Shown: piece after piece, positions 48,887 through 57,332 of the stretch
How positions within the stretch are numbered: position 1 is the stretch's first letter
How the letters are laid out: every line of letters begins with the position of its first letter
DNA from: Candidatus Eiseniibacteriota bacterium
GTDB taxonomy: Bacteria > Eisenbacteria > RBG-16-71-46
Reading direction: 5' to 3'
Length of the DNA stretch: 64,000 nucleotides
NCBI GenBank assembly: GCA_038231135.1
Contig: JBBRLX010000021.1
Location: 1-64,000, forward strand
Notes under the pieces: model-generated
The model's database searches: none
The model's input: the letters and a program-made list of their open reading frames with translations, nothing else
What the model was told of the DNA's origin: nothing
Program-made: the position numbers and the translations under genes

Positions 48887-50422
48887 GTGACTCCCACCGA
48901 TCCGGCCGGAACCGTTCCGTCTGCCGCGGCCATCCCGCCGCCCGCGGCGCCCAGGTCGTGGTTCGACTCCGAGGACGCTCCAGGCCGCCGGGACCTCGAC
49001 ACCTGCATCCACTGCGGCCTGTGCCTGACGGCGTGCCCCACCTACCGGGTGCTCAAGATCGAGCCGGATTCCCCGCGCGGCCGGATCTACCTGATGCGCG
49101 GGCTCGCCGACGGCCGCATCGAGCCCGATTCCGAGCTGACCCGCCACCTCGACCAGTGCCTCGATTGCCGCGCCTGCGAGACGGTGTGCCCGGCGGGGGT
49201 CCCGTACGGACGGATGCTGGAACAGACCCGCGGCCAGCTCGCGCGCCGGAACGACCGGCCGACCACGGGACGGCGGCTCGGCGCCTGGGTGCTGGAGCAC
49301 GTCGTGGCGCATCGCGGCCGCATGCACGCGGTGGCGGACCTGCTGCGGCTCGGGCAATGGGGCCCGGTTGCGGCGCTGATGCGTTCGTCGCTCGCACGCC
49401 GGGTGCTGCCCGGGTTCGCGATCCGCGGGTTCGCGATGACGCCGGCGATCGAGCCGCACGGCCACCGGGACCTGGCCCGGGTGGCGCATGAGCTGCCGCC
49501 CGGCGCGCGCATGGAACGTGCGGGTCGCGACCGGGTGTTTCACCCGGCGGGCGCCGCACGCGCCCACGTCGGGTTTTTCACGACCTGCGTGATGGACACG
49601 ATGTTCCCCGCGATCAACCGCGACGCGGTGCGGCTGCTGGTGCTCGCCGGCTGCCGGGTGACGGTCCCGGGCGCCCAGGACTGCTGTGGCGCGCTCCACG
49701 CCCACGCCGGGCTGCGGCGCACGGCGCGCGCGCTCGCGCGGCGGAACGTCGCCGCGTTCGCGCCCGGCGGCCGGGACGCGTTCGATTTCATCGTCAACGA
49801 TTCGGCCGGATGCGGAGCCGCGCTGCGCGAATACGATCACCTGCTTGCGGACCACGATCCCGCGGGGAGCACGCACGCCCCCGCGCGCGGGCAGGCCCCG
49901 GCGCAGCCGCATCCCGTCGTCGCCACCCCCGGCAATCCCGCGCCCACGCCGCTGCCGTCCGCCGCCGCGGCGTTCGCGTCGCGCGTGCGCGACGTCTCCG
50001 AGGTGCTCGCGGAGCTGGGCCTGCCGCCCGCGCCGCGGGTGCTGGCGTCGGATCGCGACCCGTCGAAACCGCTGCGGGTGGGCTATCACGACCCGTGTCA
50101 TCTCGCGCATGCGCAGAACGTGCGCGCGGCGCCGCGGGCGCTGCTGCGCGCGCTGCCGGGCGTCGAGCTCGTGGACCTGCCGAATTCGGACTGGTGCTGC
50201 GGCAGCGCGGGCGTCTACAACCTGACCCATCCCGAGATGGCCGACGCCCAGCTCACGCAGAAGCTCGACGCCATCGACGCGGTGGCGCCCGACGTCGTGG
50301 TCGCGTCGAATCCCGGCTGCATGCTCCACATGGCGCGGGGCGCACAGGCGCGCGGTACCCGCACGCCCATCGTGCACCTGCTCGAGGTGCTCGCGCGGGC
50401 CTACCCGCCCGCGCGCGGCTGA
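48887..50422 (+). CDS. glcF: Glycolate oxidase iron-sulfur subunit
   Basis: CIHCGLCLTACP, SPRGRI, CLDCRACETVCP, two CCG domains, YHDPCHLAH, SNPGC. Confidence 0.9.
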   Translation: MTPTDPAGTVPSAAAIPPPAAPRSWFDSEDAPGRRDLDTCIHCGLCLTACPTYRVLKIEPDSPRGRIYLMRGLADGRIEPDSELTRHLDQCLDCRACETVCPAGVPYGRMLEQTRGQLARRNDRPTTGRRLGAWVLEHVVAHRGRMHAVADLLRLGQWGPVAALMRSSLARRVLPGFAIRGFAMTPAIEPHGHRDLARVAHELPPGARMERAGRDRVFHPAGAARAHVGFFTTCVMDTMFPAINRDAVRLLVLAGCRVTVPGAQDCCGALHAHAGLRRTARALARRNVAAFAPGGRDAFDFIVNDSAGCGAALREYDHLLADHDPAGSTHAPARGQAPAQPHPVVATPGNPAPTPLPSAAAAFASRVRDVSEVLAELGLPPAPRVLASDRDPSKPLRVGYHDPCHLAHAQNVRAAPRALLRALPGVELVDLPNSDWCCGSAGVYNLTHPEMADAQLTQKLDAIDAVAPDVVVASNPGCMLHMARGAQARGTRTPIVHLLEVLARAYPPARG

Positions 50423-50429
50423 GGCGTTC

Positions 50430-51698
50430 GTGCGCCCGCTGCCGATTCGCGCGGTGACGGGACTGTTCCTCGACCGCCAGCACCTCGACCGCCCGCGCGG
50501 ACGGCGGCTCACCGCGCGCACCCTGACGGCGTTCGTCGAGGACACGGGCGGGCTGCAGCTCGACTCCATCAACGTGCTGGAACGGGCGCACTACCTGACG
50601 GCGTGGAGCCGGTTCGGCGCGTTCGACCCCGCGGCGCTCGACCGGCTGGTGTGGCGCAAGCACGTGCTGTTCGAATACTGGGCGCACGCGGCGTGCATGG
50701 TGCCGCGCGCGCATCTCGCCGCGTGGCGGCGGGCGATGCTGGACTACACGACCCGCGACACCGGCTGGTCGAAGTGGTTGCGCACGAATCGCAAGGTGGT
50801 GAACGCGGTGGAGGCGGCGATCCGCGATCGCGGGCCGCTCGCGAACTCGGACTTTCGCGAGCAGCGGCCCGCCGGGGCCGCCGGCTGGTGGAACTGGAAG
50901 CCGGCCACGCACGCGCTGCACTACCTGTGGATGACCGGTCGCACGCTGGTGCACTCGCGCGTCCACTTCCAGAAGCGGTTCGATCTCGCCGAGCGCGTGC
51001 TGCCGGAGCTGGCGACGCTCGAGCCGTTGTCGAGCGCCGAATTCGCCCGCTGGCACGTGCGCCGCTCGCTGCGCGCCATGGGGGCCGCGACCGAGATCGA
51101 TCTGCGGCTGTACCTCACGTTCCCGCGCACGCCGTCGGGCTGGCGACGGCGTGCGCTCGCGGAGCTGCTGAAGACCGGCGAGGTCGTTGAGGTACCGGTC
51201 GAGGGCTCGAAGGCCCGCTGGGTGGCGCTGGCGGAGGACGTCGCGCCACTGGCGGCCGCGGGCCGGCGCCGCGCGCCGCCGCGCGGCACCACGCTGCTCG
51301 CGCCATTCGATTCGCTGCTGTGGCATCGCGATCGCGTGAAGCGGCTGTTCGGCTTCGACTACACCATCGAGGTGTACACGCCGGGCCACAAGCGCGTGCA
51401 CGGCTACTACACGCTGCCGGTGCTCCACGACGGCCGCCTGATCGGACGCGTGGATGCGAAGACGCATCGCAAGGAGCGGCGGCTCGAAGTGCGCAACGTG
51501 CATTTCGAGGACGCGTTCGTCGCCGGCACGGCGCTCGCGACAGCGGCGTGGGAGCCGGCCGACGTCGACGCCGGAATCAGCGGGATTGCGGACGCGCTGC
51601 GGTCGCTCGCCGGGTTTGTCGGCGCCGACACGGTGACGCTGAGCCGCACCTCGCCCGCGCAGTTGCGCGAGCGGCTGACGAGCGCGCTGGAGGCGTAG
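50430..51698 (+). CDS. ycaQ: YcaQ/AlkZ family (HTH_42) crosslink-repair DNA glycosylase
   Basis: LQLDSINVLERAH (QxD), FEYWAH, LLAPFDSLLWHRDR..LFGFDYTIEVY, GYYTLPVL. Confidence 0.9.
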   Translation: MRPLPIRAVTGLFLDRQHLDRPRGRRLTARTLTAFVEDTGGLQLDSINVLERAHYLTAWSRFGAFDPAALDRLVWRKHVLFEYWAHAACMVPRAHLAAWRRAMLDYTTRDTGWSKWLRTNRKVVNAVEAAIRDRGPLANSDFREQRPAGAAGWWNWKPATHALHYLWMTGRTLVHSRVHFQKRFDLAERVLPELATLEPLSSAEFARWHVRRSLRAMGAATEIDLRLYLTFPRTPSGWRRRALAELLKTGEVVEVPVEGSKARWVALAEDVAPLAAAGRRRAPPRGTTLLAPFDSLLWHRDRVKRLFGFDYTIEVYTPGHKRVHGYYTLPVLHDGRLIGRVDAKTHRKERRLEVRNVHFEDAFVAGTALATAAWEPADVDAGISGIADALRSLAGFVGADTVTLSRTSPAQLRERLTSALEA

Positions 51699-51839
51699 CC
51701 GCGCGGGCCGGCCGCGTTCCGGGACGGCGGCAGATTCAGGGCATGCGCTGCGGCCCGGACTGTCCTAGTATTCCGCCCGCCGTTTCGTTGTTTGTCGTGC
51801 GATCCATTCCGCACCCGGTCTCAAATCTGGAGGTGTCGC

Positions 51840-52391
51840 TTGAACAGCCGCTTGCTGTGCCGCTCGGTCATCGTCGCGTTCGCCCTCGTCATCTCAGGCT
51901 GCCAGAACCAGCAGGCGAACCCGGGGGCCGGGCAGCCGGCGGCGAACGGGAACGCCGCCCAGCACGCCACCTACATGGCCATGTACCAGCGCCTCAGCGA
52001 CACCGGATTCGCCCAGGGCGACACGTCTGTCGTGGACTCGCTGCTGTCGGACGACGCCGTCGACCACGAGGCGATGCCGGGCATGCCTGCCGGCAGGGAG
52101 GGCTTGAAGCAGATCATCATGATGTTCAAGCACGGCTACCCCGACCTCAAGCTCCAGATCGTCGATTCCGCGCTGCAGGGCGACAAGCTGTGGGTCTACA
52201 CCGTCATGACGGGGACCAATACGGGCGAGTTCATGGGCATGAAGGCGACGGGTAAGCCCGTCAAAGTCGAAGGCTTCGATATCGTCCGGTTCGCCAACGA
52301 CAAGATGGTCGAGCACTGGGGCATCTCGGACAACATGGCGATGATGCAGCAGCTCGGCGTCACGGGTGGCCCCGGGGGCGGCCACAAGTGA
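51840..52391 (+). CDS. SnoaL-like ester cyclase, lipoprotein
   Basis: TTG start after GGAGG; lipobox ISGC; YPDL..TGTNTGEFMGMKATGK..EHWG. Confidence 0.85.
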   Translation: MNSRLLCRSVIVAFALVISGCQNQQANPGAGQPAANGNAAQHATYMAMYQRLSDTGFAQGDTSVVDSLLSDDAVDHEAMPGMPAGREGLKQIIMMFKHGYPDLKLQIVDSALQGDKLWVYTVMTGTNTGEFMGMKATGKPVKVEGFDIVRFANDKMVEHWGISDNMAMMQQLGVTGGPGGGHK

Positions 52392-52428
52392 CGTCCGCGC
52401 GGCGGAACGTGCCGGGACCCACCGACTG

Positions 52429-53037
52429 ATGGGCCTGGAAGCCCGCTGCACTGTCCGCCACGGGAGACGCACCAGCGAAGGGCGGGCGCTGCTCGAGACC
52501 TCCGAGCTGATCTTCCGTGGCGAGTTCCGGCTTGCGATTCCGTTCCGCGACATGATGTCCGTGAGGGCCGTGAAGGGCCGGCTCGAGATCACGTGGCCCG
52601 AGGGCGCCGCGGTGTTCGAATTGGGGGACGCCGCGGCTCGCTGGGCCGGGAAGATCCAGAATCCACGCAGCCGCATCGACAAGCTGGGCGTGAAGCCCGG
52701 CCATCGCGTATCGGTGGTCGGCGTGGACGACGCGGGGTTTCGCGAGGAGCTGACGGCGCGCGCCGGCAGTGTGCACGTGGGCCGGATCGTGAAGGGCTCG
52801 GACCTCGTGTTCCTCGGCGTCGATTCGCGGGCCCGGCTCGCGCGGCTCGCGGCCGCCGAGCGCGCGATCGCGAGGAACGGGGCGATCTGGGTGGTGTGGC
52901 CGAAGGGCCGCCGCGAGTTGAACGAGGATCACGTGCGCGCGGCGGCGCTCGGGCGCGGACTCGTCGACGTGAAAGTGGCGGCGTTCTCGGCCACGCTGAG
53001 CGCGCTCAAGCTGGTGATTCCCGTCGCGAGGCGCTGA
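52429..53037 (+). CDS. Hypothetical protein (DUF3052-like C-terminus)
   Basis: SRIDKLGVKPG, GAIWVVWPKG, GLVDVKVAAFS. Confidence 0.75.
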   Translation: MGLEARCTVRHGRRTSEGRALLETSELIFRGEFRLAIPFRDMMSVRAVKGRLEITWPEGAAVFELGDAAARWAGKIQNPRSRIDKLGVKPGHRVSVVGVDDAGFREELTARAGSVHVGRIVKGSDLVFLGVDSRARLARLAAAERAIARNGAIWVVWPKGRRELNEDHVRAAALGRGLVDVKVAAFSATLSALKLVIPVARR

Positions 53038-53110
53038 GCGGGCGTTCCGCAGTCGAAACGCTGTCACGCACCGGCTCGGCCTCGCTGCCCGGGGGGGCGG
53101 GTCGCCAGCG

Positions 53111-54463
53111 CTAGAGCGCCGCCTCTGCGTCCTGCGCGACTTCGGCGTCGAGTCCCAGGCCGCGGTGGAGCAGGCGCACGACGCGGTCGGCGTCCAGGTC
53201 CCGCACGACGAACGACAGGTTCACCCGCGACGCGCCTTGCGAGATCATCTCGACGCCGACGCCAATGCCGGCGACCAGCGTGAACAGGTGCCCGGCGAGC
53301 CCGATGTGCTGCGGCGCGCCCTCACCGACCACGGCGACCACCGCGAGCCCGCGGCGCACCTCGACGTGGCCGATGCCCTCGAGATCGGCGAGCGCATCGC
53401 CGAGCCGGCTGTCGTCGTCGACCGTGACCGAGATCGACACCTCGGACGTGGTGACGAGATCGACCACGACGTGATGGCGGCCGAACACCTCGAACACGCG
53501 CGCGAGGAACCCGTGGGCCAGCAGCATGCGGCTCGACACGATCGTGACCGCGATGATTCCTTTCTTGCTCGCGATCGATTTCACCCGCCACGGCGAATCG
53601 CCCGCGCCGCCGCCGGCCACCACCAGCGAGCCGGGATCCTGCGGGCGCCTGGTATTGAGGATGCGCACCGGGATCTGCCGCTCCATCGCGGGCAGCAGCG
53701 TCTTCGGGTGCAGCACGCGCGCGCCGAAGTATGCGAGCTCGCTCGCCTCCGCGAACGACAGTTGCGGCACCTCGCGCGCCTCGGGCACGATGCGCGGATC
53801 CGCGGACAGCATGCCGCTCGTGTCGGTCCAGATCTGGATCTCCTCCGCGCCCAGCGCGGCGCCGAGCAACGCGGCGCTGTAGTCGGAGCCGCCGCGGCCG
53901 AGCGTGGTCGTGCGCCCGTCGAGCGTGCGGCCGATGAACCCCGTCACGACGGGCACGCCGGTCAGGCCGTGGAACGTGCGCTCGAGGTTCGGCGCCGACT
54001 CGGGCAGCGGATGCGCGGCCCCGAACCGGTCGTCGGTCACGAGGCCGGCCTCCCCCGCGTCGATCGCCGTGGAATCGATCCCCGCCTGGCGGAGCCCCGC
54101 GGCGAACAACTCCGCCGACAACCGCTCGCCGTGGGCGAGAATCCTATCGCGCAGTTCCGGGGAGACCTTTCGGAGCCTGAGCGCATCGAAATCAGACCGT
54201 GCACGCCCGAGCAGTTCCCCGAGTCCCGCCGGGTCGATGCTGAGCTCGGCGGCATGTTGCAAGTGACGCTCGGCAAAGGCGTTGGCTAGCTTCTTGCGTT
54301 CTGACGGGTGGGCACACAGATCGACAAGGAGGTTCGTGATCTTCGACAGCGCGCTCACCACCACCACCGGCCGCCGCGCCTGGCGTCCCCGGACCTCGCC
54401 GATCGCCGACCGGAACGGCTCCCGGGAGCCGATCGAAGTGCCGCCGAATTTCATCACAATCAT
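53111..54463 (-). CDS. lysC: Aspartate kinase (LysC/AKIII-like, two ACT domains)
   Basis: VMKFGGTS, VVVVSA, GERLS, TTLGRGGSDYSA, WTD, DPR, GARVLHP, TSEVSIS. Confidence 0.95.
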   Translation of the reverse strand: MIVMKFGGTSIGSREPFRSAIGEVRGRQARRPVVVVSALSKITNLLVDLCAHPSERKKLANAFAERHLQHAAELSIDPAGLGELLGRARSDFDALRLRKVSPELRDRILAHGERLSAELFAAGLRQAGIDSTAIDAGEAGLVTDDRFGAAHPLPESAPNLERTFHGLTGVPVVTGFIGRTLDGRTTTLGRGGSDYSAALLGAALGAEEIQIWTDTSGMLSADPRIVPEAREVPQLSFAEASELAYFGARVLHPKTLLPAMERQIPVRILNTRRPQDPGSLVVAGGGAGDSPWRVKSIASKKGIIAVTIVSSRMLLAHGFLARVFEVFGRHHVVVDLVTTSEVSISVTVDDDSRLGDALADLEGIGHVEVRRGLAVVAVVGEGAPQHIGLAGHLFTLVAGIGVGVEMISQGASRVNLSFVVRDLDADRVVRLLHRGLGLDAEVAQDAEAAL

Positions 54464-54629
54464 TGGGGTTCTCCTCGCACGCCCGGCCCGATCGGCAGTG
54501 CGCCATTCCACCCTACCACTTGAAGGTGGCGCCGGACCGGCCTCCCCCGATACAATTTTACGGCTCGGATACCTGTAGTCGTCTTCCAGATGTCCCCTTC
54601 ATGCCCACCCCCTACGTGGAGCCCCATAG

Positions 54630-57242
54630 ATGCGTCCTGCAACCAAGATCTGCCTGACCGCACTTGCGGTCCTCCTGGTCGGGGCCCCGTTCGCGGCCCG
54701 CACCGTGGGGCATCCGGGTGCGCCTGCCCGCCCCGCCAAGATCAATCCGCTGTTCATGAGCACACGCCCGAGTCAGTGGTGGTACGAACAGCGCTCGTTC
54801 CCGAACAACTCGATCTCGGCGTCCGAATACGACGCCGCGCTCGAGCAGTCGCTGATGGATCACGAGCAGGCCCGGCTGTCGACCAGCGCGGGACTGCTGA
54901 CGTGGCAGTTCGTCGGCCCCGACAACGTCGGCGGCCGCATCACGGCGCTGGTCGCGCCGGCGGGCGGCACGCCGATCTACGTCGCCACGGCGAACGGCGG
55001 CGTGTTCAAGTCGATTGATTCAGGCGCCAACTGGACGCCGATCTTCGACAAGTACAGCGTGTATTCGGTGGGTGCGATCGCGCTCGATCCCACGAACGCG
55101 AACACGATCTACGTGGGCACCGGCGAGTCGAACCCGGCGGTCGACACCTATGACGGCAACGGCATCTATCGCAGCACCGACGCCGGCGTCACGTGGGAGC
55201 ACCTCGGCCTCGAGAACGTGAAGCGGATGAACCGCATCGTGATCGACAAGAACAACCCGATGCACATCCTGGTCGCGGGCTCCGGCTCGATCTTCACGAA
55301 CAACACCGACCACGGCATCTGGCGCAGCGTGGACGGCGGCCAGACCTGGCAGCACGTGCTGTACGTCGACAACACGACCTGGGGCGCCGACATCGCGATG
55401 AATCCGCTGCACACGGACTCGCTGGTCTGCTCGATGTGGGATTTCGGCCCGAGCCCCACGTCGGAGTCTGCGATCTACTCGAGCGCCGACAGTGGCGCGA
55501 CCTGGTCGCGGCTGGGCCCGGCCCAGGGACTACCGGCGTCGAACGACAGCACCGACCGCATCTCGCTCGCCTATGCGCCGTCGCGCCCGTCGACCATCTA
55601 CGCGCAGATCATCGGCGGCGCCGCGATGGGATACGTCGGGCGCGGCATGTGGCGCTCGCTCGACGGCGGCGCCACGTGGACGAAGCGTGACGTCGGCGTC
55701 GGGTTCTCGGGCAGCTTCGGCGGCTTCGGCTGGTACTTCGGCACGATGGCCGTTGATCCGACGACGCCCGACAAGGTGTACTCGCTGGGTGTGAACTTCA
55801 GTCGATCGACCGACGGTGGCGCCAACTGGGGCAACCTCACCGGCAGCATGCACGTGGACCAGCACGCGATCTGGATCAATCCGTCGAACACGAACCGCAT
55901 CTACGTCGGCAATGACGGCGGGTTCTGGCGCACGACCGTCGGCGGCGTCGGCGGCACCGGCGCCTGGACCAAGGGCGGCTCTCAGCCGTTCTCGCAGTTC
56001 TACGCGATCACCGTCGATCCCACGGACGCATCGAAGCAGTTCGGCGGCACACAGGACAACAACACCGTCTCGGGCACGGGCGCACCCTCGACATGGAATG
56101 CGGTGCTCGGCGGCGACGGCTTCCAGTGCGTCGTCGACCAGACGATTCCCAGCACGGTATTCGCCGAGTCCCAGTTCATGACCGGCGGAGCGGGTCCCCA
56201 GCGATCCGCGGCCGGCGGCAGCGCGGGCACATATTCGTCGCCGGCGGGGTTCAACGCCGGCGACCGCTACAACTGGGACTCGCCGTTCGTCATGGACCCC
56301 ACGAACCACCTGGTGCTGCTCGCGGGCTCGCACCGGATCTACAAGAGCACCGACAACGGCCTCACCTACGCGCCGGTGAGCGGCGATCTGGCGTTCAATC
56401 CGTCGAGCAACCGGCCGAACGGCACGATCAGCACGATCTCGATTTCGTCCGTGAACAATCAGGTCTATTACACGGGCTCGAGCAACGGCAAGGTCTACCG
56501 CTCCACGGATGGCGGCGCGAACTGGTTCGACAAGACGGCCGGCCTGCCGGTCCGCTACGTCACGCGCGTCACGGCCGATCCGTTCGACGCGAACACGGTG
56601 TACGTGTCGATGTCGGGGTTCAACGGGGACACCGAGACGCCGGTGCACCTCTACAAGAGCACGAACCAGGGCGACACCTGGACGAACGTCGCGGGCAACC
56701 TGCCGAACGCCCCGGTGAACGACGTGCTGGTCGACAATCTCAATCCGCTGCGGCTCTACGTCGGCACCGACCTCGGCGTCTACACCACGCAGAACGGCGG
56801 CGCGACCTGGTATCCGCTCGGCCAGGGCCTGCCGCTCCAGGCGGTGTTCGACATCTACCTGCACACCGCCTCGCGCACGCTGTTCGCGGGCACGCACGGG
56901 CGCTCGATGTGGAAGATCAACCTGGCCGAGCTGCCGCTCGCGGTCGGCGACCAGGCGGGCGCTACGAAGATCGCGCTGTCGGCGCCGAGCCCGAACCCGA
57001 GCCGCGGCCCGGTGAGGTTCACGCTGGCGCTGCCGACCGACGCCCGCACGCAGTTGTCGGTGTTCGACACCCAGGGTCGCCGGGTGCGCTCGCTGCACGA
57101 TGGCGCGCTCGCGGCGGGCCGTCACTCGTTCGAGTGGGACGGTCGCGACGCCGCCGGCCGCACCGCGCGCGCCGGTGTCTACTTCGTACGCGCGGACGTG
57201 CCGGGTGGCGTCCAGTTCCAGCGGGTCGTCCGCACCCAGTAA
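54630..57242 (+). CDS. Secreted BNR/sortilin-like beta-propeller with FlgD-Ig/T9SS-type tail (paralogue 1)
   Basis: GPDNVGGRI, many Asp-boxes, HVDQHA, GGTQDN, THGRS; tail PNP...VFDTQGRRVR..WDGRD..GVYF. Confidence 0.88.
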   Translation: MRPATKICLTALAVLLVGAPFAARTVGHPGAPARPAKINPLFMSTRPSQWWYEQRSFPNNSISASEYDAALEQSLMDHEQARLSTSAGLLTWQFVGPDNVGGRITALVAPAGGTPIYVATANGGVFKSIDSGANWTPIFDKYSVYSVGAIALDPTNANTIYVGTGESNPAVDTYDGNGIYRSTDAGVTWEHLGLENVKRMNRIVIDKNNPMHILVAGSGSIFTNNTDHGIWRSVDGGQTWQHVLYVDNTTWGADIAMNPLHTDSLVCSMWDFGPSPTSESAIYSSADSGATWSRLGPAQGLPASNDSTDRISLAYAPSRPSTIYAQIIGGAAMGYVGRGMWRSLDGGATWTKRDVGVGFSGSFGGFGWYFGTMAVDPTTPDKVYSLGVNFSRSTDGGANWGNLTGSMHVDQHAIWINPSNTNRIYVGNDGGFWRTTVGGVGGTGAWTKGGSQPFSQFYAITVDPTDASKQFGGTQDNNTVSGTGAPSTWNAVLGGDGFQCVVDQTIPSTVFAESQFMTGGAGPQRSAAGGSAGTYSSPAGFNAGDRYNWDSPFVMDPTNHLVLLAGSHRIYKSTDNGLTYAPVSGDLAFNPSSNRPNGTISTISISSVNNQVYYTGSSNGKVYRSTDGGANWFDKTAGLPVRYVTRVTADPFDANTVYVSMSGFNGDTETPVHLYKSTNQGDTWTNVAGNLPNAPVNDVLVDNLNPLRLYVGTDLGVYTTQNGGATWYPLGQGLPLQAVFDIYLHTASRTLFAGTHGRSMWKINLAELPLAVGDQAGATKIALSAPSPNPSRGPVRFTLALPTDARTQLSVFDTQGRRVRSLHDGALAAGRHSFEWDGRDAAGRTARAGVYFVRADVPGGVQFQRVVRTQ

Positions 57243-57246
57243 CCTC

Positions 57247-57281
57247 CGAACGGCCGGCGGGGCGTTCCCGCCGGCCGTTCG
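57247..57281 (+). terminator. Strong hairpin between the two paralogues
   Basis: CGAACGGCCGGCGGG-gcgtt-CCCGCCGGCCGTTCG, a 15-bp stem with no U-tract. Confidence 0.55.
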
Positions 57282-57332
57282 TGTGCGTCCCTGCGCCCGC
57301 GGCCACCGAGCGCGCGCCGAACGGAAGCCCCG

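Noticed and set aside
54464..54629. Lysine riboswitch upstream of lysC
   Set aside because: The 166-bp gap is shared with a divergent gene and is too short, and it lacks the L-box consensus.
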